Positions 1 to 10,403 of a DNA stretch of 64,000 bases are shown here, piece after piece; position 1 is the stretch's first letter, and the number at the start of each line of letters is the position of its first letter. The DNA is from Hydrolagus colliei. Lineage: Eukaryota. A program made the position numbers and the translations under genes. A model generated the notes under the pieces. That model was not told the origin of the DNA, did no database searches, and saw only the letters and a list, made by a program, of their open reading frames with translations. The stretch covers positions 4,650,001-4,714,000 of the forward strand of contig CM068768.1 of NCBI GenBank assembly GCA_035084275.1. Direction: 5' to 3'.

Positions 1-222
1 GTCAGCATAAAGGACAGTGTTAAAACCCTGCTCATAAGGGAATCACCTCCCCACCCCCTACCCCCACCCCCTACCCCCACTCCTAACACACACACACACA
101 CATTCATGCATTAGAATGAAATACAGTATGTATATATATATTTTCCTAAAGGAACTGTGCGACTTGTGGTCATGTTGGACTCCATCCGCAATTCGTATTT
201 ATCTCCAATCCCAGCCCTCGCA

Positions 223-292
223 ATGAGGCGAGTGTCGATCAATAAATCCTTTGGCGGATGAGGCGAGTGTCGATCAATAAATCCTTTGGCGG
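223..292. repeat. Exact 35-bp tandem duplication (ATGAGGCGAGTGTCGATCAATAAATCCTTTGGCGG x2)
   Basis: Identical copies at 223-257 and 258-292. Confidence 0.95.
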
Positions 293-1344
293 AAGAAAAG
301 CTGCAGAAGGAACATATGTTATGGTGGGGGGAAAGCTGCCTGAGAGCAAACAAAAGCCCTGTGTCAGGCAGGAGCGACGCGGTTACCCGGCAACAGCCAG
401 CTGCTGAAATTTTCCCCAAACCTGGAGTGCTCTCTGCTGGCTGGGAACAGAATCAATAACATCAGAAAGCAGAATTGCAGCCTCCGATTGGAATCAGTGT
501 TCATCGCACCCCTTGCGTTTAATCTTAGCGCCTGTATCGCGTCTCCTAGACGTCTCCCAGCGCTTCATGGAATATACTGTGAATTGAACTGATTGTATAT
601 ATATATATATATGTGGGGGGGGGGGGGGAGAAGGGGCAGCCTAATTTGGGCTGGATAATAATTGTCCAATTTGGATTATTTGAAGGAGACACTTTCACTT
701 TCACCACCAATTGCATTGTCGAGCTGCTCAAATCCAGATCTTTTTTGGGGAATTGGATTTGTCTGAAGTTATCGGAACACTGCGAGGGAGTGTTTTGTTT
801 CGGCCAAAGGAGCTCAGGGGGCGAAACAGGATCGACGTTGGCAAAAAGAAGGAAGGCGAGGGTGCAGGAATCAACAGGAAAGGGAACGAAAATTGACTTC
901 CTTCCATTCTCCACTCTCTTTAATCGATGTTACCATATTAAACAAGGCGTATTATTTAGTCTTTAATGTGTCATTCGTCGCCTCTTCACTCTAGATAGGA
1001 TATTCTGTAGATCAGTCAATTTTTTTCTGCTAAATTTACCGCCCCTTGCACTTTCCCAAACATGTTAAATACGTCTTGTGTGATCGCTAACAAATCAGAA
1101 CTATAGTTCTGCATTCACCACCCACCCCCTTTTTAAACTAAATTAATTACCACCGCTAATGTACAAGACTGGTCGTTTCTAAGACAAATGTCTCTACCTT
1201 AATCAATCTGTGTTGATACAAATTAAGGTCTTGTACCAACTGATGAAAATCTCCACTCACGCTAATTTTATCCCCACAAAAGAACAAGGACGTGCACATA
1301 ACAATTACAAAAATAAACGTTAAAATAACTAATAATATGGCACT

Positions 1345-1500
1345 CAACCCACGATTGTTTGTGAGGCACGTTTTCTGTGCGAAAATGGCCACCACGTTTC
1401 GCCCCAAAAAATATACAATTAATTTCTGTATATTCTGTGAAGCGCTTTGAGACGTATCGAAGACGTGATAAGGCGCAATATCAAACGTCAGGATTATTAA
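1345..1500 (+). mobile_element. 3' part of tRNA/Deu-type SINE
   Basis: TGTGAAGCGCTTTGAGACG...GGCGCAATATCAAA...GGATTATTA tail shared with many copies in the window. Confidence 0.8.
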
Positions 1501-1955
1501 AAAAACACTAATTATTCATTCAGTTCCTTATTTACTTTTGCCACTTTAGTGAAGCCCCGCTTCACTAATTACGATTCAGAATTTTGTTTTGTAAAATGCC
1601 AAAGAGACTGTTGAAATAATAATAGTAATCATTATAATTCTTGAATTTGATTTAGCGCCCGGTCAAGTTGTTGAAACGTCTCAAAGCGCCAGGCGATATG
1701 GTGCGAGGGTTCAGTATAAATCAATGTATTTGGTTTAATGGTTGGTTTAAAATATACGGTCGCTTTAATGTTTATGGCGTGAATGACTGAAGTCAATGGT
1801 TTGCTTAATTGTGCCGGTTGTTGTGGATTAAGAGGGTGGGGGGGAGCGGGTGTAGGGTTAGGGATCTATGGATTTTTTCCATAAATCTGTCACACGTCGA
1901 TTTCATAATGAGCAAAACAAAATTCACAATTCGCAACTCTGGCGTTAGCGAAACC

Positions 1956-1982
1956 GAGAGAGAGAGAGAGCGAGAGAGAGAG
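1956..1982. repeat. (GA)n microsatellite
   Basis: Direct dinucleotide run. Confidence 0.9.
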
Positions 1983-4900
1983 CGCTCTGGGCAGCCAAGA
2001 TGGGTTGAGGGCAGAGATACCGAGGGTATCACAGTCACACACAAGCGCTTGTCTCACCGCGTAATGGACGCACAAACACTTTCCAGATCAAGTTTAATGA
2101 AAAACAGAAAACTCCCGTCTTCCAAACAGCCAGAGGGACACGAACCCCCCACCCCCCAATCCTCACCCCATTCTATGTGTCTTCAGGTTTTTGTTAAAAA
2201 AAACACCGCCTAGCCCAAGGCGATGGATATTGTCGCCGCTCAAACACAGCAATCTCGTTACCACCGGAGTCTGATGTTACAGAACTCTCACTCTGTAAAA
2301 CACGTTGGTTTTTTTGTCCCCCGCGTGTTGTGTTTTGTCCAGAAAGTGGGTTCGCTCTCCATCACATGTTGTCCCTGGTTCAGGAACACCCCTCACCCAT
2401 TTCACCCAAACAGATACACACAGACACAGACACACACAGAGCCATATAGCCAGACCTATATGGTGTTATTTGGGGGTGGCATTGAAGATTAATCTTGCCA
2501 CTGTGCTCTGTCTCCGTTGACAAAAAAAAACGTATAATCAGTAATGAAATAATACGAATACTACTAATAACAACGACGCTAATAATATTAAGAATATGGT
2601 ACATTTGCAGCCTAGGTTTGGCTAAATTGGTCAGGTAATTCAAATTGCAAAATCCCAAGGAGAGCGGTGGTTGGGAGGGTGGAGGTTGGTGGGGGGGGGG
2701 GATAAAACTTCAGTAATTGAGTCTAAAACGGCATAGTTTCATATAGATTGTCACATTACATTTAGGGAAATAAATGCCGAAGTTCATTCCTGAGGAAAAA
2801 GTTCAATCGTGTAGCGTCACTTTCACTGGGAACGCTCAATGGCCCCTTTGTTGGTTGCCCAGCTAATCATATGAAAAGGCAATAAGTAGCCTAAACAACG
2901 TCTGGTCCTCATCATTAGGGAAAGCTAATGCAGCGCCGTCAAACTAATAGACCTCGGTGACCCTTCACCTTTTTTTTCCCTCTCTCCACGAATCTGCCTT
3001 AAATAACACACCCAAGCCGGGGTTGAGATGTCTGGGTCGAAGCCACGCTTTATTTCATAATGATAAAGTACTTGACAGAAATTGCATTAACTGTTAAAAT
3101 ACGGGGGGTTTTCTAGCATCGATTGGCAGTGATTTGCATATTTGTGGGTGGTTTTTTTTTGCTTGTCATAGTTAATAATACCCCTGAGTGAAATTCAGGT
3201 ATTCCGTGAATTGGGGGCAGGGAGGGGGGAAGGGGCTAATTGGGAAATATACCTTTCGCTGTAATATCTTTGTTTCAACCCTTGCATATTTATTTATTCT
3301 CCTCATTCACGATTTGACTTTGTTGCTGCTTCAGTAGTAGCTGTTAGACTAAGATTGCTGGAAAGGACAGACAGACATGGAGCTTTGCATTTGCCAGGGA
3401 TTATATTATTGTGTTAGGGGTTGACACTACAGGGGAAAAAAAGGCTTTTGTAGGCTTGAGTTTAGCTCAAATCATAGTTGTGTGTTATGGCCACAGCAAA
3501 AATGGTAGGAGCCAGGCTCAACAGAAGGGATCTCGTTTTAATGATGGTATCAGGAGAAGGAGGGGTGCGTGGGGGGGAGATCAAGTTGAGAATTAGCAGG
3601 AACTGGCCTCTTTCTTTCGGGTTCAAATACGGCCTTGCCCACAATGTGGTGGTAACATGTTCTACCTTCGTGACAGACAGGGTTGTTTGTCAGTTCAGTC
3701 TGTCCTTTTAAATGATGAAGTATTTGCTTGTATAAATCTTATATCCCTGAGTAAAATATTCAGTGAATGTGTGTGGATGGTGGGGTGCGGGGGGGGGGGG
3801 GGGGGGGGGTAGATCCTTTGATATAATATTTTTCATATAATTTTTTTGTGATTATATAGAAAAAAACAATATATGGAATCCGCTGCCTGCGGATGCCTGG
3901 AGCAGTTTTTTGACCTTTCTGCTTCATTGATAAGCAAAGTCATTCGACAAATACTGTGATTCTGGCCCCACTTAAGTTATTAGGTTTCCAAACACATACA
4001 CACCAGTAAAATACAATGGCCATAAACTGTTATAATTACACATAGACATTTATAGCTAGCATACTCTGCCACGCTGGGGACTTTCCACATCTCATTTATG
4101 GTGGTAAAGAGGAAAAATAAACTCAACAGGAAGTAGGGTCAGAAGTCATGAGTGCAACGGTTGATACAAAAAAAATGGTTTATTTTACGAGCAGAATATT
4201 TGTGTGATTTTCTCAGTTTGCAGCAAATGCATGGACAGTAAAAACGTGTGTTTAAAATCATTATTATAATGCAAGGATGATTAATAATATTAATATTATC
4301 ATATTACTGGAACTATTCTATGCCCTGAGTAATATCAATTGATTGATTTAGCTTGTGAATCAATCAATTGGTACAAATTGAAAATTAATAGTTTGGAATA
4401 CCAGACCCTTGTATTGTATTCTTCTACCAGTTTTCTTCTCTATCCAACAAATCAGGATTTTTTTCTGTTTTGTGACAGCAACTTCCTATTTTAGGCATTA
4501 AAAAGACGTTAAATCTGTTTCCTGGAATATGGACAGATTTTATCAGATGAAATGTACTGCAGTAAGTTACCTTTTCTTATTTTAATAAAGACACAATGGA
4601 CCATCTCACAATATAATATTTTTATAATTTATTTTATCCTCACAAACAAAATCCTTTTTTGGAAAATCAGCAGTACATAATTCTAACCATTTAATAAGTT
4701 CTAACATTCTAACATTACTCACAAACACATGTTACCAACTCTTTCAAGAAATGTAAATCACATCTTGTAATTATTTTCAAAACTACATCATAATTGCACT
4801 TTCAAAAATTATTTGTTACAGCCTGACATTTAATCTTGGTGACCACTTAAGCTTTTAAATAAGTTTTCCTTTAGTTTAAGTCTGCAGCCACATTGCCCTT

Positions 4901-5046
4901 CAAACGTATGATATTCATCTGGAGTAATCATTTTTAACACAGTCCAGCTACATAGAGGTCAGTGTGTTGCAAGGGAATTGCTCTAGCAAAACTACCTTTG
5001 TGGGGCATTAATGAAAAGCAACAATAAACTAGCATAGTTTATTTTA

Positions 5047-5245
5047 CAGGGTGGTCCAATCTTTCGGCTGCTGGGGCTGGATGCCTGGATGTCCGCAAAC
5101 CATATGAGCAATATTTTGGTGTTTCTCTTCCAGAAACATAACATAACCTTTTCAGGTTATGGAGTGAGCGGGTGGGGCAGATGAAATGGAGGGGGAGTGG
5201 GAAGGTGGATCAAATCTGCCGGCAGACCATCAGTTGGATACCCTG
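5047..5245. mobile_element. Old hAT/Charlie-like MITE
   Basis: Imperfect inverted termini CAGGGTGGTCCAA... and ...TTGGATACCCTG; no recognisable TSD. Confidence 0.45.
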
Positions 5246-5959
5246 CCTGGCCAGCACAGTAACACTCAAACTTTCAATAACAATAAATTAAATCTGTATT
5301 ACGCCTCCCGACGTAAAATAAGCTCTATAAATGGAATTTTGTTGTTGTTGTTGTTAATGTTGGAAGGTGTCCCAAGCAGTCAGAGTTCAATATGAGATTA
5401 ACAGTTCACAAAGATAGCCAGCACTGGGCAGGTCCTGTATTTGCAAAATTGTAGCTGAAATTTGAACATAGGCCACAACATATGCCTTTTAAGTTAACAT
5501 AACCAAACATGATCACAGTAGAAGTTACAGGCAAGCATTTCCTTTTAGATACTGTATTGTTCTATGTCTGGCACATAGGGAGGTCTATGGTTGACAATTT
5601 CTGTACAACTTTCTGACATTCCTCGATCCCTCTCCTAAATTTAGGAACAAGTCAAAGAGAATGTCCATTAGCTCAATCCCCCTATTACACACCCCTCTTG
5701 CATAATTGAAATGATCTGTCAGATATTCATTCAAAGCTGAATTATTTGCAAAAATTATTTGTTTCAACAACAACAGTAAGGGAATGCACCTAGAGTTGGA
5801 ATAAGAGGAAATCCAATATTGAAATGCATGCTTATCACATTGCACTGAAGAAACCCTCTCAGGGAAAATGTACTTTATATGCTTCAATGAAAGGGGAAGA
5901 GAAAAAAACCACTATCATTTTCTTCTTTTATTTGGTCCACAGATATTGGATGAGTAATA

Positions 5960-6937
5960 CAACAACAACTTGTATTTATATAGCACTCTCCAAACTTGGT
6001 GGTGTCTCGGAGGACTTCACAATGGCAGAGTTCAAGGCCAAACCAGGTGGAGGGGGAAGGTTACCGTAAATGCAGTCGAAGAAAAAGGTCTTCAGGCACG
6101 ACCTGAAGATGAGAAAGGGGTGGGGCGAGATGAAGCGGTTGGGGAAAGGAGTTCGAAAGTTTGGGGGCATAGTGGCTGAAAGCATGGCCATTGATGGTGG
6201 AGCGGAGGATTTGGGGGACAAGGAGGAGGCCGGATCCAATAGAGCAGAGGCAGCAGGAACTACTACGAGGAGAGAGGAGGTTAGTGAGGTTGGGTAGGTG
6301 GCAAGGAGTCGAGGGATTAAACACAGAGTGAGGATCTTGAAGTCAATCTACTCTGTGACAGAGAGCCAGTGCAGTTTGGCAAGGACTGGGGTAATCAGGG
6401 TATGAAGTTTGGTGCAGGGGAGAATGCAGGTAGCGGAGTTTTGTATGAGCTGAATTTTATGAATGGTAGAGGAGGAGAGACCTGTGAGGAGGGTATTAGA
6501 GTAGTCCAGCCAAGAGATGACAAAGACATGAACTAGAGTCTCAGCAGCTTTTTGGGTGAGGTTGGCAGAGATGGGCAATGTGGCGGAGATGGAAGAAAGG
6601 TGTTGGTCAGGGACCAGATGTGGGAGAGATAGGATAACTGAGGATCGAACCTGACGCTTAAGTTGGCATGGGTTTGGAGAGTTTTAAAGAGAGATCAGGT
6701 GGGTTGAGGAGGATGGAACTGTGAAACAGAAGATGTTGATGGAACCAAAGAGATGGCTTCCATCTTGTTGATGTTTAATTGCAGGAAATTTGCGCTCATC
6801 CAGCTCCTGACAGATAGGCTGACAGAACATCAGAGGACTGGAGGTTGCAAATGGAGGTGGAAAAGTTGGATGTCACCCGCATACATGTGGAAGTTGACCC
6901 CGTGTCTGCAGATGACATTACCGAGAGGGAGCATGTA
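5960..6937 (-). mobile_element. L2-clade LINE, 3' portion
   Basis: ORF 6348-6578 gives AAETLVHVFVISWLDYSNTLL...IQLIQNSA, typical of the L2 ORF2 C-terminus; (TTG)n tail near 5960. Confidence 0.9.
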
Positions 6938-7247
6938 AATAATAATACCAATCCTTGCAATTTGATATAACGCTTTTCACATCTTATTGACGTCTCAAAG
7001 CACTTCACAGAATATACTGTAAAGTGAGTTGACTGTACATTTGTGGGCGAAACGCGGCAGCCAATTGCTCATAGCAGTGTCCCACAACAGTCATGGATTG
7101 AAATGACAAATTTTTTATTATTGTGTTTTTGTGGATGGATTATTATTCGGCATGTGGAGTAAGGAATCTTGCCCAAGGTTTTGCCCTGATCTGCCTGGAT
7201 TCGAACACAGATCTCACTCTTGTAAGGCAAGTGCTCTAACCACTACA
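6938..7247 (-). mobile_element. tRNA-derived SINE (short variant)
   Basis: Reverse-complement copy with tRNA-like head, GCAATTGGCTGCCGCGTTTCGCCCAC body and ATT-repeat tail. Confidence 0.9.
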
Positions 7248-7677
7248 GAAGCTCATTTTATGTTGGAAGGATATCCAAAGGTGCTGGAATAGTTGTTAAG
7301 TTATTAATAGTTATTAAGGTTTTGTCTCCAGGTCAGAGCTTTTTTCAATGACCCAGACTCTGATCTCTCTCCAAGAAGATGAAGATGTTTGAGAAGATAA
7401 CTGGAATGATGATAATAATGCAGAGGATTTATTTCCTAACCAGTTAAGAGCTGAACTCGGAAAATAACTGTACGAGATGGAAATTCATAGTGCCATGAGA
7501 TGTGCTGAGAATTCAGTGAGCATGTTTGAAATGGTTGCCATCCTAAAGCTGGATGCAAAATGCACTGGAGAAGGAGAAGCTACTCAACAACATGGCTTAG
7601 GGGGATACAACACTTTCCCGGATTGGCCTTTTTATTTTGGTAAAATTAATAAATTGTTTTCAAGTGTAAAATGGATC

Positions 7678-7951
7678 TGAATCCTATAGCTCAGTGGTTA
7701 GAGCACTCGCCTTGCGAACGAGAGACCTGGGGTCAATTCCAGGCACTTCAGGGCAAAACTTTGGGCAAGTTTCCTTACACACGCCTGATAAAAAAAATTG
7801 GTCAATTCAATCCATGACTGTCTGTGGGACCCTGCTCTGTGCCGCATTTCACCCACAAATTTACATTCACTTTACAGTATACTCTGTGAAGCGCTTTGAG
7901 ACGTCTGGAAGACGTGAAAAGCGTTATATCAAATGTAAGGATTATTATAAT
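7678..7951 (+). mobile_element. tRNA-derived SINE just upstream of the PSMB3 promoter
   Basis: A-box TAGCTCAGTGG, B-box-like GGTCAATTCC, and the shared tail. Confidence 0.92.
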
Positions 7952-8019
7952 AGAAATCTCTCTCCAAGTCTTGTCCCCCTTTGTCCTCCTGATCCTCCAG
8001 AACCTGGTCCTCCACCTTC

Positions 8020-8420
8020 CCGGCAAGCCCTGCGAATGGACGCGGTCGCAGTGACTCTACACTTTTCGCAACCTAACCTGCTGGGTTGTCGGCTCGGCGC
8101 GGAGGCGGGCATGCGGCACTGACGGACGTGAAGCTCGTTCCAATCAGACGGCGCATCTGGTGATCGCCTTGGCACGATGGCCAATGAGAGCAGAGGCGGC
8201 GAGTTCGGCCGGCAGCAAGTTAGTGCGAACAGCAGCGGGAGAAGGTGGCGCGGAACTAACCCGGTGGAAAGGCAACACTGCGTTTGTGACCGTATTGTGG
8301 GCTGTCCCGGGGCCGCTGATACCTGACTGACAATGGTGAGTAGTGGGGCAAGTGAGAGGATAGGGGGTGAGTGTCTACGGGGGGTCAGGAGTTGGGTGGT
8401 CGGCCGGTTATCCCTGAGCT
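8020..8420 (+). promoter_or_regulatory. PSMB3: CpG-island promoter and first exon region of PSMB3
   Basis: High CpG density; GC box GGAGGCGGG at 8101-8109; CCAAT boxes at 8140-8144 and 8181-8185; no TATA box; lies upstream of ATG|GTGAGT. Confidence 0.8.
8333..8335 (+). CDS. PSMB3: Proteasome subunit beta type-3, coding exon 1 (ATG only)
   Basis: ACAATG|GTGAGT in the CpG island; phase 0 joins exon 2 to give a 205-aa protein. Confidence 0.88.
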
Positions 8421-8898
8421 CCCAGGGCCTACACACTGAGGCCTACCTGTCACCAAAGCCTTTCACTTTTATTCCAACCGGATTTCCATTCATATATCTT
8501 TGAAGATATGTTACAATAATCCTTGCATTTGATTATTGCCCCCTATTACGAGAAGTGGTGAGACTTCTCAAAGTGCTTCATAGAATATATTGTGAAGTGC
8601 AGTGACTGTATTTTGCTCTGAGACGCCGTCCGGTATGGAGGGCGCCATATAAATCGAAGTTGTTGTTGTTGTCGCACTGATGATGGGGGGCTTCTCTTCC
8701 CCCCCCCTCCCCCCCTTCAGTACTGCACTAGAGCATCTGCCAAGACTGAAAATTCAGCAGAAAATTCTGAAATGAAGCTTCAACCCACTATACCGGAGCC
8801 AAAGATTAGTGTGTTATTCTCGTCTGCCTAAAGTTTGATTGCATCCAACTTTTCTAAAAGAATCGAGCGAAGAGATAGCAGAGGTATTATTACACATA

Positions 8899-9666
8899 CA
8901 GGTACCCCTCCCCAACCGCAGGGGATACGTTCCTGTAAACCTCCATGGTTGGTAACACCGCTGTTGGAAAATGAGGGCCCTATGGGAAATATGGGGAGTA
9001 AGTTCGCATTTCGTAGAGCTAAACACAAAAACAAAGTTATAACATATATGGGGATAGGGGGAGTAAGTTTGGGCGCATCTGCAGCAATCTGCGAGGCTGT
9101 CTGACTGACTAATCTACACACAGACAGAGAAGAGAGAGAGAGAGAAGGTGAGAGAGAGGAGGATGGGGGGGTGGGGGGAAGAGAAAGTGAAATAGAGAGA
9201 AGGTGAGAGAGAGACCTTTCTAAAGTCCGAGATAGATAGAGATAGATAGACAGAGAGAGATAGAGAGATCTCAGCCTGAGATACAGAGGTAGACTTCTAC
9301 AGTCTGTGATACAATTACACAGAGAGAGAGATCTGCAGATCCTGGCAGCCAATGCTCTCAAACTTACTAGCTAGGCTGCGGAGAAGCGACAATAAATTCA
9401 TGTTACTGGATTTACTTTAATCCTAAGAGAGAAGCGTTGTCGCTGGTTGATTGTGACATCGCAACTAGGTCCTAGTGCTATACGCTAGCGCGAAGCGCCA
9501 TGAAGGCTAGTTGATGCAACTGGGTCCTAGCGCTAAACGCTAGTGTTAGTGTTAAATCCGTGGATAAGCAAGAGTTATAAGCCGTGGTTGGCAAGGGTTG
9601 CCACATTTAGCAAACCGTGGATGTGTGAGTTTCGTGGTTGACAAGGCTGGTTGGGGAGGGAACCTG
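8899..9666. mobile_element. Non-autonomous Tc1/mariner (pogo/Tigger-like) element
   Basis: TIRs CAGGTACCCCTCCCCAACC and GGTTGGGGAGGGAACCTG, flanked by TA at 8897-8898 and 9667-9668. Confidence 0.85.
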
Positions 9667-9694
9667 TATATAATAACTCATTAATAACTCATTA

Positions 9695-9960
9695 AAAATG
9701 GAGTAGTGCCAGAGGAATGGAGGCTAGCTAATGCTGGACCTCATATTTACATGATTTGGTTCGGTAGTAGGAAGGATAATGGAATCCTTACTGAAGGAAG
9801 TAATAGAAAGGCATCTTGAAACAGAAAACATATAAAGAATAGTCAGCTCCGATTTCAAAAAGGAAGGTCATGCTTGACCAACCTCTCTGAAATCTTTGAA
9901 GGGGTAACAGAATTGTCTGAAGGGGTAATGCGATAGATGTAATATATTTACCCCATATAT
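9695..9960 (+). mobile_element. CR1 LINE RT fragments
   Basis: Degenerate VPEEWRLAN and SQ..F..GRSCLTNL motifs. Confidence 0.7.
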
Positions 9961-10109
9961 AAATGTCAGCATTTGTCTGAATCAACCAGGACTTAGTAAC
10001 TATGTGTGTGTGTGTGTACGTTCAGGTGTCTGACCCTGGTCCCAGCTCCTTGGGACCTGCTTTCCATATGAAAGGCTCCTGTATGTAGATATCAGTGTGT
10101 TACACTGAG

Positions 10110-10403
10110 TCCTTGGATTTGATATAGCGCCTTATCACGTCTTCCAGACGCCTCAAAGCGCTTCACAAAATATACTGTGAAGTGAATTGACTGTGTATTT
10201 GTGGGGAAAACGCGGCAGCCAATTGTGCACAGCAATATTTCACAAACAGTCATGGACTGAAAATGACCGTTTTTTTTTTTTTTTTAGGGATTATTAGGCA
10301 TGTGGAGTAAGGAAACTTGCCCAAGGTTTCCCCCTGCCTGGCATTGAACCCCAGGTCCCTCGCTTGTAAAGCGAATGTTCTAACTACGTGCTACAGGACT
10401 CCA
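10110..10403 (-). mobile_element. tRNA-derived SINE
   Basis: Reverse copy of the dominant SINE. Confidence 0.9.

Noticed and set aside
111-966. ORFs of 100-120 aa at the window start as possible PCGF2 exons
   Set aside because: No RING or RAWUL motifs; the translations run through low-complexity and SINE sequence.
7332-7680. Plus-strand frame with an acidic patch (EDEDV*EDNWNDD...MRCAENS) resembling a decayed coding remnant
   Set aside because: Two internal stops and no family I can recognise; similarity to transposases is too weak to claim.
7678-7760. tRNA-like sequences (A and B boxes, Val/Ala-like anticodon loop) here and at ~19165, 27822, 41277 and 60773
   Set aside because: Each continues into the same SINE body and tail and the copies are mutually diverged; they are SINE heads, not tRNA genes.
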